A stretch of DNA of 58,252 bases, filler included, from Sphacelaria rigidula (lineage: Eukaryota), in the NCBI GenBank assembly GCA_964200075.2. It is 9 parts of 9 records of this genome, joined end to end, with 100 filler letters (N's around TTAATTAATTAA, not from the genome) between each part and the next. Parts side by side here need not be neighbours in the genome. Positions count along the whole stretch, not along the records: positions 19,453 to 25,836 come from CAXNAA020020418.1; positions 25,937 to 32,320 come from CAXNAA020020419.1; positions 32,421 to 38,803 come from CAXNAA020020420.1; 6 more parts are not named here. One strand, given 5' to 3'. The position numbers and the translations under genes are program-made. This document shows positions 25,828 through 38,372 of the stretch, piece by piece. Under the pieces are notes generated by a model. It was given only the letters and a program-made list of their open reading frames with translations, searched no databases and was not told the DNA's origin. The stretch's first letter is position 1. Each line of letters begins with the position of its first letter.

Positions 25828-26819
25828 GTATATACANNNNNNNNNNNNNNNNNNNNNNNNNNNNNNNNNNNNNNNNNNNNTTAATTAATTAANNNNNNNN
25901 NNNNNNNNNNNNNNNNNNNNNNNNNNNNNNNNNNNNCATATGATTACATCATCCACCGGTGTCCACACAAATGTGGCCAACATAATTGATAATTGACCGT
26001 CGCCTACAATCAAAGTGTTTCCATGTACTTACTATTCATACCCGAGTCGGGCAGCACCAGAGTGGCCCAAAATTACCCAAAACATATCTTCTAGTGAAGC
26101 CAAATCGCGTAAGAACACGCCTCCGGCGGGGCGCCTCCAGCGGGGCCTTCCGGAGGCGCCTCCGGCGGCCCCCCCTCACCAGCCGGGGGGGGGCGGCGGT
26201 CGCGGCTTCGCCGCGGCACCAGTGTACAGTTTGGACGCAGTATACTGGCTGCTGACCGCAGCCAGTACCCAACCCTACAAAATACACAACTACGGCAAAG
26301 AAGAGAAGAAAAGTTGTTTGAAAATACTACAAAAAAAATCTAAACGCTCCCATAAGACCGACTCTTATGAGAGCCGTTCAGATTTGTTTTTCCGAAAATT
26401 TTGAACAGATGGTCGCGAAACCGACCATTATGGTACAAAATCGTCAGGACTTTGACCTCCAAAGAACCAAGCCAAAAAAGTGCAAAATTGTGGCCAAGCG
26501 TTCAGATTCGGGTGACAATTCTGAACGCTTGCGCACCTCTTCAACAGTTAGCACAAGAAGTAAAAAGGAACATGTCATGTTTTGTTGTACAGCAGCGCAC
26601 GCAGACGGCTCTCTCATGTGCTGCATCTGTCACTGCACAATCGTGTATTCAAACTTTGCCAAACCTGTCTGGTCTCTGCTGGATTACCTGAGCTGCTGTA
26701 CTACTATTGCATTCCGAACAACTGCAGTTGACAGGCAGTGTTGTCTTGCCGAAGTTGAAAATGCAGTGTTGCTGACACGAAGCACTAAAGTCACGTGACT
26801 ATTCCTGGGCGCACAGCTG

Positions 26820-27184
26820 GTTTCCATCGCCAGCAGTAGCCACGCGTGCGAGACACACTCGTCGTGCATAGCTCCCACAGAGAGGTGCGCACAGCTATAT
26901 CTCCCAGCGCTTCGCCGAGTGAGCAAGCATGGGCCCATCGGCGGGTAGTACGGACTAGTGCTTTCCAGCAAGGTGGCTATCACGTGCAAGGTGAGTGGGC
27001 GTTGTTGCATGATCGAAACGCGGACCGTCTCTTGCACGAGGAAGAGCAGCAACAGCAGCAGCAACAGCAGTATTTACACCATTTGATTGAGACCCACCCC
27101 CAGCCGTACACATCTACTGGCAGTAAAGCTGCTGCTGCTGCTGCTGCTGTTCATGCTCATTCTCCTTTTCGTGTGGTAGACGCG
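26820..27184 (+). repeat. Older diverged tandem copy of the foldback arm unit (27310-27690)
   Basis: Shared blocks, e.g. GCCGAGTGAG.AAGCATGG.CCCATCGGCG.GTAGTACGGACTAG.GCTTTCCAGCA and GAGGAAGAG(CAG)n...(CTG)n. Confidence 0.8.
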
Positions 27185-27617
27185 GTTAGTGTTTCGACGA
27201 GTGACAATGTCCACCACCCGGCGCGTTATTGCCTCTCTACTTCGAATCATATGTCGTTGTCATCCCCACTGCATTTTCAGTACGTATCACTTGTTTTTCC
27301 TGTAGTGCATCGCATCACCAGCAATAACAACGCGTGTGAGGCACACTCGATGTGCACAGCTACCACAGAGAGATTTGCACTGCTTTTTATCCCAAAACTT
27401 AGCCGAGTGAGGAAGCATGGACCCATCGGCGCGTAGTACGGACTAGCGCTTTCCAGCACGGCGGCCATCACGGGCAACGTACGTGGGCGTTGTCGAACCA
27501 TCAAAACGCGGACCGTTTCTCGCCCGAGGAAGAGCAGCAGCAACAGCAGCAGCAGCAGCAGTATGGGCACCGGCTGGTTCAAACCCACCCACAGCCGTAT
27601 ATATCCACTGGTAGTAA

Positions 27618-27656
<39 letters not shown>

Positions 27657-28277
27657 TGTTGCTTTTTCTCCTTCTCGAGCGGGAGGCATTCCGCATTTCG
27701 ACCCGCGACAGTGCCCATAATAGGAAGCCTCATGCACCGGGTGGATTGTCGCGGGAAGTTGTAGGCCTGCCATGGCCAGTTGAGACAAGGTATTTTTAAT
27801 GTAATCAATTCACCCATATTTGCCCACTCTCACACACATAACATACACTGCCGAACACCTAACACCAAGACTTGCACTGAATGAAGTGGGGTAGTCATTC
27901 CTAGGGAAAACGCCCATACAAAATGACACATCATGATCCCGTATTTTCGCCACGCGAAAAAAGCGTGTGCTCCCAGTAGATTTGTACTGCAAGCACCAGA
28001 TCGGGTATACCTCAAATAACAGAACTCTATCTCTTATTCGTATTTCCCCTGTACGTCATGATCCAGTCTTGATATCCGATCCTGGAGCGTAAGTATAATC
28101 GATTAGCCCATTCACCCTTGCGCGTGATTGCCGCCCTGCCTGAGGTTGCTGGTCTATTCGTGCGCTGTTTTCGTCATGACATCACTCGTCTTTCCCCCTA
28201 CATTGAAACGGCGTGTGAGTTCTTGTGAAAATGGATTTGTGAACCGTCACGTCACCATCACTACAACAGTATGCACC

Positions 28278-28571
28278 TAACAAGGTTTTTGTGAGATTGA
28301 GAGTGGGATACGGATTGAGAGCGGCTTTGATCATTCGCTTAAACTTGGCCAATTTTTCATTCCGTGTGTCCTTTTCGTCGTCTCATCACTGCCATGTGCT
28401 TACAGCTACACGTTGATATCCTACTCAGGGGTATCGAGGGCCTCAGTGGCAAGCTACTACAGAGGGAATATTGGGGAGGTGCATTTCGGAACTGAAACGG
28501 CTTATTCACTAATTGACCGCTTTTCACACTCAATTGTACCTTCAACTCTCAATTTCACGAAAATGTTGTTA
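28278..28571. mobile_element. Uninterrupted MITE-X, TA-bounded (Tc1/mariner-like ends)
   Basis: TIR TAACAAGGTTTTTGTGAGATTGAGAGT / ACTCTCAATTTCACGAAAATGTTGTTA. It is absent from the opposite foldback arm. Related termini occur at ~4499, 6138, 29740 and 29883. Confidence 0.8.
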
Positions 28572-28661
28572 CCTGTATCACGAAAGGATTATCACCTTCC
28601 TTGCTTCGTCAAAATGCAGCCTTCTGATACATATCTTCTTGGGGTGCTGTTGTAGAGATGC

Positions 28662-28985
28662 ACACCTCCTAGGTCACGCCAACTCAAATAGCCATGTACA
28701 ACTCCAAATTTTAGGCCATATTAGTGTCCATTTTGATCCCGGTTCAGAATCGTGGCGGAAAAAAAGCGCGTTTGAAATTCTTCAAAAACAAAATTTTCAA
28801 CGGCTCCCATAAGAGTTGGCCTCTACACCTCCTAGGTCACGCCAACTTAAACATCCATGTACGACTCCAAATTTTAGGCCATAATAATGTCCATTTTGAC
28901 CCCGGTTCAGAATCGTGGCGGAAAAAAAAAGCGTTTGAAATTCTTGAAAAATAAACATTTTGAACGGCTCCCATAAGAGTTGGCC
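28662..28985 (+). repeat. Two-copy 163-bp tandem repeat at the foldback centre
   Basis: ACACCTCCTAGGTCACGCCAACT... starts at 28662 and 28825. Each unit ends AACGGCTCCCATAAGAGTTGGCC, the terminus of the MITE at 44539-45010. Confidence 0.9.
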
Positions 28986-29251
28986 TTACATGTTGACGAA
29001 ACAAGGAAGATGATAATCCTTTCGTGATACAGATACATAGTGATGGTGACGTGATGGCTCACAAATTCATTTTCACGAGAAATCATACGCCGTTCCGATG
29101 TAGGGGGAAAGACGAGTGATGTCATGACCAAACCAGCACATGAAGAGACCAGCGACCTCAGGCAGGGCGGCAATCACGCGTAAGGATATATGGGCGTTGT
29201 CGTGGGTCGAAATGCGGAATGCCTCCCGCTCGAGAAGGAGAAAAAGCAATA

Positions 29252-29282
<31 letters not shown>

Positions 29283-32200
29283 TGGCAACAGCAACAGCAG
29301 CAGCAGCGTTACTACCAGTGGATATATACGGCTGTGGGTGGGTTTGAATCAGCCGGTGCCCATACTGCTGCTGCTGCTGCTGCCGCTGCTCTTCCTCGGG
29401 CGAGAAACGGTCCGCGTTTTGATGGTTCGACAACGCCCGCGCACGTTGCCCGTGATGGCCGCCGTGCTGGAAAGCGCTAGTCCGTACTACGCGCCGATGG
29501 GTCCATGCTTCCTCACTCGGCTAAGTTTTGGGATAAAAAGCAGTGCGAATCTCTCTGTGGTAGCTGTGCACGTCGAGTGCGTCTCACACGCGTTGTTATC
29601 GCTGGTGATGCGATGCACTACAGGAAAAACAAGTGATACGTACTGAAAATGCAGTGGGGGTGACAACGACATATGATTCGAAGTAGACAGGCAATAACGC
29701 GCCGGTTGGTGGACATTGTCACGGGTCGAAACACTAACTAACAACAATGTTTTCGTGAGATTGAGAATCTACGATACGATAGAGAGTAGGCTTTTCATGG
29801 CTTTCAGCGGCCGGAAGTGTCTGCATCATTAATGAACAAAACGCTTACCTCGCACATTGGTGCAAAATCCTGCCGGCAAACCTAACAATGTTTCCGTGAA
29901 ATCGAGCGTTGAAAGTACGATCGAGAGTGAGGTTTTATTCATGACATGTCTCGCTGCGCCCGCGCGGTTCCGATGATGAGACGAAAAGTTTACATCTCTA
30001 GCATGTTGGAACATTCCTGCCACCTGTTGCCTGAATGGAATGGCAGAATAATGTTGGACAATGTTGCACGCTGGCCCACAGGCGCGCATTTGTGGAAAAA
30101 TGCACCGTCCAAGACGTCTCCAAAGTAGTGTGAGTCGTGCGGATCGAGTAAAAGATACGATTTAGCCAGGTTGTGCCCGACTTCATTCGCAAATGCAGTT
30201 GATGCCACCATTCGTGTGGACTTGGGGCTCGTGGATATCTTGAAATCACGTTTCTGTTCAACAATTTCGCTGCAGTTTCCGTCGTTGTTTTTGAAAGCGC
30301 ACGTCATCGCGTGTGATATGACTGGTGATATCCCGCCTTTTCGTGCCGAGAAAAGTCGCAAAACGTGGTGGGACCCTGGATTCTGTTTCATCATCTCACC
30401 CTCGATGGCAGCGGATCATAAAAAATTCTCTTGCACGAAGCCAATGGAGCGCCTCCCGTCTATGAGCTGCAGCAGATCGATTTTGCTAGGGACTCTCGAC
30501 AACCGCATCGGATTTCCGAAAATGCGCTCGAAACACGTGCCGAGGGACCCATCAAGAACGGCTGATTAGCCATCAACACGGGAAAACAAATACTACCGCA
30601 TCAGCAAATTGGCTGCAAAACACCGGGAGCACTTGGAACTGGCTAACCATAAACAAAAGATGTGCCCTATGCAACGTGTACGTTGCCAGCCCTCAAATCG
30701 GCGCCCTACGCGCTGAATTAGACAAAAACGTGTTTTGCGCACGCTAGGTGCACGCCGAAGAGTAGAGCGCACTCCCAAGATCCGATTTTCGGTGTCCACG
30801 CTACAATGCAATACTACACCTGTCCACAAACCGGAAATTTCCGAGAACTATCAGTCAAGTGCCGAGTGGTGAAGTCTACTGGCATGTGACCCCATCATCA
30901 GATTCAAGGGTTAGTTCTTGGTGAAGATACCATCGGCTCGGCCAGTAAAGAATCGGAACAGGTAACATTCGATGCGTTGTATTCAATAGAGGAAGTACTG
31001 GCTATACAAATGAGGACGCGTAATGCCACAGACGTTTGAATCTTTACAATGGGAATTGGTCGGTAGGGTAGCGAAAGGATGTACATCAGATTCGAAGCAG
31101 TACCGTTAGAACATGGGGCTATTCACCATTCCCGTTTTGATATGAGAGTCGATACAATCTGTGACATTTCTTGGATAATTTCGAACGAGGGGCACCGAGC
31201 TCATACTAAAATAATTATTCGAAACAGAGCAGATCACGGATTTGCCAGTCTCATTCGTAAGCATTGGGAGTGGTGGTGATGTTTGCATTTAAGTCGCGGC
31301 GGCGAACAATTTCGATTAACCTTTTCCCGACTGTTCCGCGTGTCATTTTCCAACGAGCCAAACGTAGCTCTGGCTCCCTACACACGCCGTCCCCTACGTA
31401 TACCATTCCTTGCCAAGCACGCAGTATCCCTCCGCGGAGCCAATTCTACAAGATTCGGTGAGTGTGAATTTCGGACAAATGAAGGTTGCTGACAGAGACG
31501 AACTTTGAACAGCGACGTTGTAGACTCACCCTGCTGATTGATGGTACCCTTTCGTGTTGGCCATATGATTTTTTTCTTGTATTATCGCGTTTCGTGAGTT
31601 TTTGAATCTGGGTCTATTTCGTGTTTTATGTTTTTTTTGCTAGCATGTGGCCACGGAAGGCGTCCGCATTACATGCCCAGTACGAATGTACCGCGCAGAT
31701 ATCGGAACGGTTTGTAATGTGAAGACAACAACGACAACGATCTCCCGTATTGCTTTACCGCAGGTGACGCAAGCGCGAGATGTAATGGATCCTACACGGG
31801 GAAGGCACGGCCTCAGTATTCGCGTGCGCGGACCGCTTGTGGGCATCATGCACTGCACGGGTATGAGGCACCCCTACTGTTCTGTTGCAATGCATCTTGA
31901 CGGCCTCTTGATTGGATGGCGCATGCCAGTGTACAGTCCTGTGCGCGAACGTAGGTGGGTACGGACACGTTGAGGCGGCGTCTTCTCAGAAGTGGTCATC
32001 ACTTTTTAAAAGATCACTTTTGGAGAAGTGATTGCCTCCACAGCGACCAGTGTTGTGTCCTATCGATAGCTAGTTTTGTTCAGATCGATGCCCAGATCTG
32101 CGCACAGGTAAAAAATGCGGCGGTTCTGATGGTGGCCGTTAGTCCAGAATGGCAGAAAGGTAACACAGCGCCGACACACCTAGCCACGAAAATAGACGGA

Positions 32201-33219
32201 TAGATATTCACCACTCACACGCATTAGCTCAAGCGCTAGCTCTTGATCATCTACACACGACAGCCTTTGTTTGACGGAAATCCGTCCAGTATTAGATGAA
32301 AGGCGGCCGCTCGCGTGTCANNNNNNNNNNNNNNNNNNNNNNNNNNNNNNNNNNNNNNNNNNNNTTAATTAATTAANNNNNNNNNNNNNNNNNNNNNNNN
32401 NNNNNNNNNNNNNNNNNNNNAGATCATTCAAGTCAGTCCCCCCCCCCCAGTGGGGGCCAGCCCTGTCGTGTTGCGAGACTGCTGCTCTTGTAACACATGG
32501 ACCCCTACGTCCCCAAGGCGGCGTGCAAAGCCTTGGAATCATCAACGTTCACTTGCAAAAGATTTGGCGAGTTTGTATAAACCCCGTCAATGGAACCCCT
32601 TGGTTCAAGGCAATGGGCCCACAGATAGGGGCAAGTATTTTGAGTGGAAAGGTTTTTCGATTAGAGTCTTGAAATACACCAAAATGCGGCAACCTTTCTT
32701 CAATCATATGAGGAAAACGGGTGGAATATGAGTTGAAAAGTAGCTTTGATTGGGTCACACATTGCGCCGCTGCGAGACAGACAGCTGCTACCACCGATCA
32801 CCGAGGATGCAGCAGCTCCGCGCTGGCTCAGTTTGCTTGCCCCAACCTGGGCGCACCCGCCTTACGTGTCTTCCCCAATCACAGCACCCGTCTAAAACTG
32901 AAGTACCACAGGAGACGCAACAGACAGCTACACAGTCGTCACGTGACTGTTGTTTTAACCTTTGTTTGAACAGCACCTTGATCCCACCCCAATTCTGTGC
33001 AGACCGAAACGCAGCATGCAGCAATACAACTGTTCAGGCACTCTCCAGCGCGCATCGCACCGTGACCGATTGCCATGGAGTGTGTAGGTGCACAACACTA
33101 CAGCGACAACTACAGCATAGAAATGATGGGTTTGGGAAGCCCCTTGTTCGTTTGACTCGAGACGAAACAGTTTCACCAGTGTAAAGAGAGCACTGCGTGC
33201 CGACAACATTATTTTTCTT

Positions 33220-33326
33220 GGAGACGAGCGCAATGACACTGAAGCAACTCGGGCAGTCCCAACGGAGATATGATTGATGGAGACGAACGCAATGACACTG
33301 AAGAAACTCAAACAGTTCCAGCGGAG
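33220..33326 (+). repeat. Two-copy ~59-bp tandem repeat
   Basis: GGAGACGA(G/A)CGCAATGACACTGAAG(C/A)AACTC...CC(C/A)(A/G)CGGAG occurs twice. Confidence 0.75.
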
Positions 33327-36166
33327 CTCAAACCGTTTTCACGAAGGCCTGAAGACACCACAGCGCAGCGACAGCTACAGCACACGAGACAGAGCATTGG
33401 TGTGTTTGTGCTGCAGCACAGTGACAGAGAACATATCCCATGCGCGATAATTCTTGCCTTGATTTCGGGCGGGTCCTCGATTTTGCAAATATTTGATTTC
33501 ACTTTGAGTCACCCCTATCTGGGGGAGGTGAGCCTGGTCCAAGTCCGAACATGTGTCGACAAAATTGTCTCAAAAGCTCATTTAACTTTGTTGCAGTACG
33601 GAACGTGCCTGGGCACCTACGTACTGGATACAGCTAGCTGTGCTGACATCAATTGCTGATATCTCCTGCGCTAGGTCGTCCATTGGACCAACAAAGATCA
33701 TGCACGTGATCTGCAGACCATGAGGAATCGATTGCGAAAGATTTGACGGGGATCTTCACCCATGCTGTGAGTCAAGTAACGTGTGTCGGAAGATAGGCAA
33801 CCCTCCGAGACCGGGACGTCGAAGCTTGAGCTTACTTGACTTTGCTTTAGTTGTACAACCCGTATCCGAAACTATCTGTGCAACGTTGAACTGGCTTTCA
33901 AGTGCGGCGGGTACACTCACATTCCAACCCGAAGAAAGTCCGTGTTTTGTCGTATGGTTGCGCAACCGCTGGAAGTATGTGTCCAACATTTCAAGGCAAT
34001 TCCCCGTCATCTGCAGACACTCACGCTAATAGACGCCTGACACCTTTAGAGGCAGCCACAGTCCCCTGGAGCACGACGCTGTGCTTTTCAGTTGCATATG
34101 TGCGATAATGGGCGAACAACAGTTTTGTGAGTCAAAGTTTTTTTCTCCACCTTTCCCTCAAACCGCCAGCCTGACTGACGGAGCTGTCGGAAAGCGGGCC
34201 GCGCTGCTTCACGTCACGACCAATTGAAACAAAGCCGAGCACAAAATTAACCAGCTGATTTGAGAGCTACGCTGTGGGCTGTCGAGCCGCCTATGTCGTA
34301 ATCAAATTGTGCACAGCTTGGAGGTGAGGAGTGATATTTGCTGTGTGGTTCATAGCGTCCGTCTCAGTCTCGTGCTGGGCTTGTATGTAATTAATCTGAA
34401 ATAAACACCGGTGACCACGAACATAATTAGTTGGACCATATGTTCTCGCTTGTAATTTGTTTTCAAGACAGCTCCTCAGTATGGTTGATGCTGCTGCACA
34501 ACGGTTCAGGGCTCCGTGAACTCGAAAAAACAATGACGAAGGCCTTAGGGGTGGCATATCACCCCCCCCCCCCCACCCCCCCCCACCCGCGCCCCCCGCC
34601 CTCTTCTCCCTGTGGCCGTGTAAAAAAGTAATGCATGTTGGCCCCAGCCACTCCAAAAGCAGAATTGAGGCCGCTGTAAGCCGTTGGATTAGCTGCAAGG
34701 ATGATCCAATGAAATAGATAACTCTGGCTACGTGCAATGACTTTTCCTACGTGCAATGACCTTTTCCTACACCCTTTCCGCACACGCTGGTTGCGGCGCG
34801 GTCTCCAGGAAGCAATTACAAAGCTTTCAAGGGTTGGACGAAATATGATTCGTCTGAAATTGACTTCTTTCTTGTTTCAAGTGTAACCACGAATCAATAA
34901 TTGAGCTTTGTTTCCGGAGTTGCACTCCGGGTACGCGCACCTCAGGAACGCCGAATAACGCCAATTTTCCATAGATCCGTTTTTTGACCCGCGGTCAACG
35001 TTTTTCTCTCTCTCGGGCAGTCAGGCCTCAGAAAGCGTAGATTTGGTGATTCGAACCACCTGATTCGTGGGTCCCTCGAAAGCTTAGCCGTTCGTACTGG
35101 TGATTTTTTAATTCAACACATCGTTCGATACTTTCGACACTTACTGACGGGCAGCTCGTATTAATATCAACATCCTGAAACAGTGTACATCCTTGCTCCG
35201 AATCCAGGATCGTATTGTTCTTCAACATTGTGAGACAAGTTCATTTTCACAGGTCTGACGACGTCTACCACCCTATTTACATTGATTCAGATACCCCCCC
35301 CCCCCCCCCCCACCCTTGCCAAATTTGCTTATGATGTCTTGACTGAGGAGTGTGCCACCCATCGCGATCGCCCAAAAGTTGTCATCTGGTGATTCCAAGG
35401 GGGTGGGGAGGGCGAGGAGAGGTATCCAGTGTATATTAATATCATGTGCCCCCTAGATGCGGGAAGTTATTCCCCGGCGTGCGGTGCGCACGTTCGATGG
35501 AAACTACACACACACTATATGCTTGTTCTGTAGTCGAGTTGATATCTCGGATCTTGCAGAGCTGGTGGGTGAGATCTCCCACCAACATGACGTCGTTCCC
35601 AGATAGCTGATTTGCAGCCCAGGCCGGATCCTCAGCCTTGCTCCTTTCATTTCGTTTCGTCTTGGTTGGGGTTGCGCGTTAAATTGGATGAGTTGTTGAC
35701 CGAGACTACCTACCTCTGCTGGGAAGCGCCATGATTTTTGGTACATGGCATCTCTCGGCGTCGTGACTCTGCGCTAGCGAGTGGTAGCTTTCGTTGAATC
35801 AGATCCATATATCGGGGAGTGATTAGATGTGAGGCAGCAACAATAAAGAAGAAATGTAACGTGCAGCTCGTCAGAGAAGCATACCGTACTCCTGTATAGT
35901 TCGTACGTCGACTGTGACAAGATTCTGCTCGGACGGTCTGATTGATGGCTGGCAATAATTATTTCTGGGGCACTTACCTACACCCCGCCATGCCCACAGT
36001 GGAAACCATGTTCAAATGTTTCTCCGATGTGCCGAGATCTTTGCTCGCCGTTAGCCTCTGCCGAGTGAGTTTGTTCCCTCCTGCACTGACTGCACCTGTA
36101 TCGTGTGGTCCCTCGCGCGCCCTTCGCAAAAAGGCACATACCTACCGTCCAAGAATCACTTGGAAG

Positions 36167-37210
36167 ATGAAGTGCATCCTGGCAAACAAGTACGGCAAGT
36201 TCGACGAAGTACTAACGATGTCCGACGAGTGGCCTAAGCCGACTCTCGACCCCAAGGGTGGGCAGATGCTGCTGCGCGTCGAGGCATGCTCCCTCAGCCC
36301 CGGCGACACACTGTTCCTCACCGGAGACTGCTCGTTCGTCATGAAGGCCCCATCATTTCCCTTCGTACCTGGCATGGACGTGTGCGGTGTCGTTGAAGAA
36401 ATTGAAGGCTCCGCTAAGTTCAAAGTCGGCGATCGCGTGATCGCTTCCAACGGCATCCTCCCCGTCGGGGGACTGGCGGAGTACATGGCGGTGAGCACCA
36501 AGAATGCCGTTCTCGCCCCTGCGGGTTTGGACATTGTCGAGCTGGCAGCGTTGCCGAACAGCCCTATATCTGCCATCCTGTGCGTCCGCGCGATGAAAGT
36601 GAAAGCCGGGGACAGGGTGCTGGTGCTCGGCGGGAGCGGCGGGGTTGGAACTTCCCTGGTGCAACTGGCGAGAGACGCCGGGGCATCGTTTGTCGCGACC
36701 ACCTCCACGGACGCACCGCTCATGACGTCACTCGGCGTGGACCAAGTGATCGACTACCGTACGACCAAGTGGTGGGAGATGCCAGACTTCATTGATGCCC
36801 CATTTGACGTCGTTGTCGATTGTGTGGGTTGGCGGGACGAATGGGTAGAGTCTGCTAGAACTGGGGCTCTGAAACCGGGGCGTAAGGGGGGGCGGTACAT
36901 CGTGATTGCCAGTACCGACGAACCGAAATTCAGGACCCTTTGGGAGGGTCTCCGCTTGTTCATGCCAACGCTCTGGCGCATGCTCTGGACCACCCTTAAC
37001 CGCTGGAAGCCGTCCTACAAGCTGGTCATCTGCGATCCTGTCGAGGGGGACTGGCCAGAGCTGAAGACGAGTGTCGAGGAGAAGCGGTTGAAACCGGTGT
37101 TGGACCCTGCGTCGCCGTTTCCCTTTACGATCGAGGGCGTAAAGCAGGCGTTCGCGCTGCAGGCGAGCAAGCACGCTCATGGCAAGGTTGTGATCAAGTT
37201 GGCGGAGTAA
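36167..37210 (+). CDS. MDR superfamily zinc-independent NADPH:quinone oxidoreductase-like protein (RTN4IP1/ceQORH-like), 347 aa, intronless
   Basis: GroES-like domain motifs (LLRVEACSLSPGD, FPFVPGMDVCGVV, FKVGDRV, GGLAEY), a Rossmann motif (GDRVLVLGGSGGVGTSLVQLA), LGVDQVIDY and the C-terminal HAHGKVVI. Strong GC3 bias begins at the MKCILANKYG ATG (36167). Confidence 0.93.
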   Translation: MKCILANKYGKFDEVLTMSDEWPKPTLDPKGGQMLLRVEACSLSPGDTLFLTGDCSFVMKAPSFPFVPGMDVCGVVEEIEGSAKFKVGDRVIASNGILPVGGLAEYMAVSTKNAVLAPAGLDIVELAALPNSPISAILCVRAMKVKAGDRVLVLGGSGGVGTSLVQLARDAGASFVATTSTDAPLMTSLGVDQVIDYRTTKWWEMPDFIDAPFDVVVDCVGWRDEWVESARTGALKPGRKGGRYIVIASTDEPKFRTLWEGLRLFMPTLWRMLWTTLNRWKPSYKLVICDPVEGDWPELKTSVEEKRLKPVLDPASPFPFTIEGVKQAFALQASKHAHGKVVIKLAE

Positions 37211-38304
37211 GTCAAGACGGCGTTGTACAGTGTACGTAAGAGGGACTGGGTGTTCGCAAGTTGGCCGTTGTACTGTATGGCCTTTTGCTTTCTTGGCAGG
37301 CAGCCAGTGGTGTGCGAAGAGGTTGCCGGAGGTGGTGTTGTGCTGCTACGATTCTCGCTCTGTTTGGCAGATAGTAGACAGCGTGCCGAAAGATGATGGA
37401 GGTGTTGTTTTCGGGGTTGAATTTGTGTCTGTGTATGTTCAGAGATGAAAAACGCCGCAATTTGTTTTGCGCGAGGACTCTGCTGGTGTGGAGTATCATG
37501 TGGCCGGTTCTCCTGTTGTAATACGGCGTTTTTGTGATTGAGCCTGGGTCAACGGTGCTCCCGAACGAGCCGCCGGTAAAGAGCCTGTTCAAGGATGAAT
37601 TCTCATGTGGTAAACGGCGTGTGTCTCGATGTATTGTATCTAAACGGTTTTGTGTTTGATGGACCGCATTTCGCTACTTGTACTGCGTGCGCGAGATAAT
37701 AGTGTTTTCTTGCACATCAGTGCATCATGTCGGACGATACTTGTATCCGCTTCTCGCAGCCACGCAGCGACGTTTCGTACGGATGCTCTCATCGTCACAA
37801 TGATTTGACGGTGGTCGGTTTTATTCTCCGGTACACTTGTGCTAGCGTTGTATACCCAATAATGGGGAAGGTTTTGCGATCACCGAGTGTTGAGGCGCTG
37901 TTCGGGTCGTTTTACCGTCGACGTTTGCTAGTTAGGTCTGTGGTACGATTCGTGTGTCGGCTGGAGATAATAAGTCATCATCCAAACTGTGGATTCGCGT
38001 GCGAATGTCAAAAACACGAAGGCATGCCCTATCGGATCGGGTGATGGGCGCACTTCAAGTGTTGACGCGACAGGGTGTATCTTCAGGCAAGACCACGTGT
38101 TGTACTGTAGACACTTTCTGCGATAGCCCCCTCCCCCGAAACCAGGCTGATGTTTATTTTCAGGCTGCATAAAGCGCCTCATATGGGCGACATCGGCGAA
38201 AACGAACCCAAGCGTGGGAGTTCCCAGTTGCTCGTTGTGCTCGTTTATTTTCGTTTTGATTTTACCTGTACTGTAGATTTTGCTTCCCCAAACTAGCCAT
38301 TCTT

Positions 38305-38372
38305 TGGGGGGGGGTGTACTCATGATCATGCATGCCATAGTCAGAAGACCATTGGGGGGGGGGGGGGGGGGG
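38305..38372 (-). repeat. Dispersed A/B module repeat, truncated B between two poly-G tracts
   Basis: polyG-TGTACTCATGATCATGCATGCCATAGTCAGAAGACCATT-polyG. Confidence 0.8.

Larger units (their letters stand above)
27185..29740. mobile_element. Foldback element or inverted duplication with nested insertions
   Basis: Highly similar reverse-complement blocks: 27185-27718/29190-29740, 28112-28262/29038-29188 and 28570-28617/28988-29035. Confidence 0.88.

Noticed and set aside
35942..36166. 75-aa N-terminal extension of the oxidoreductase ORF
   Set aside because: The listed start is not ATG, codon bias is lacking, and MDR homology begins at MKCILANKYG. A targeting peptide or upstream exon cannot be fully excluded.
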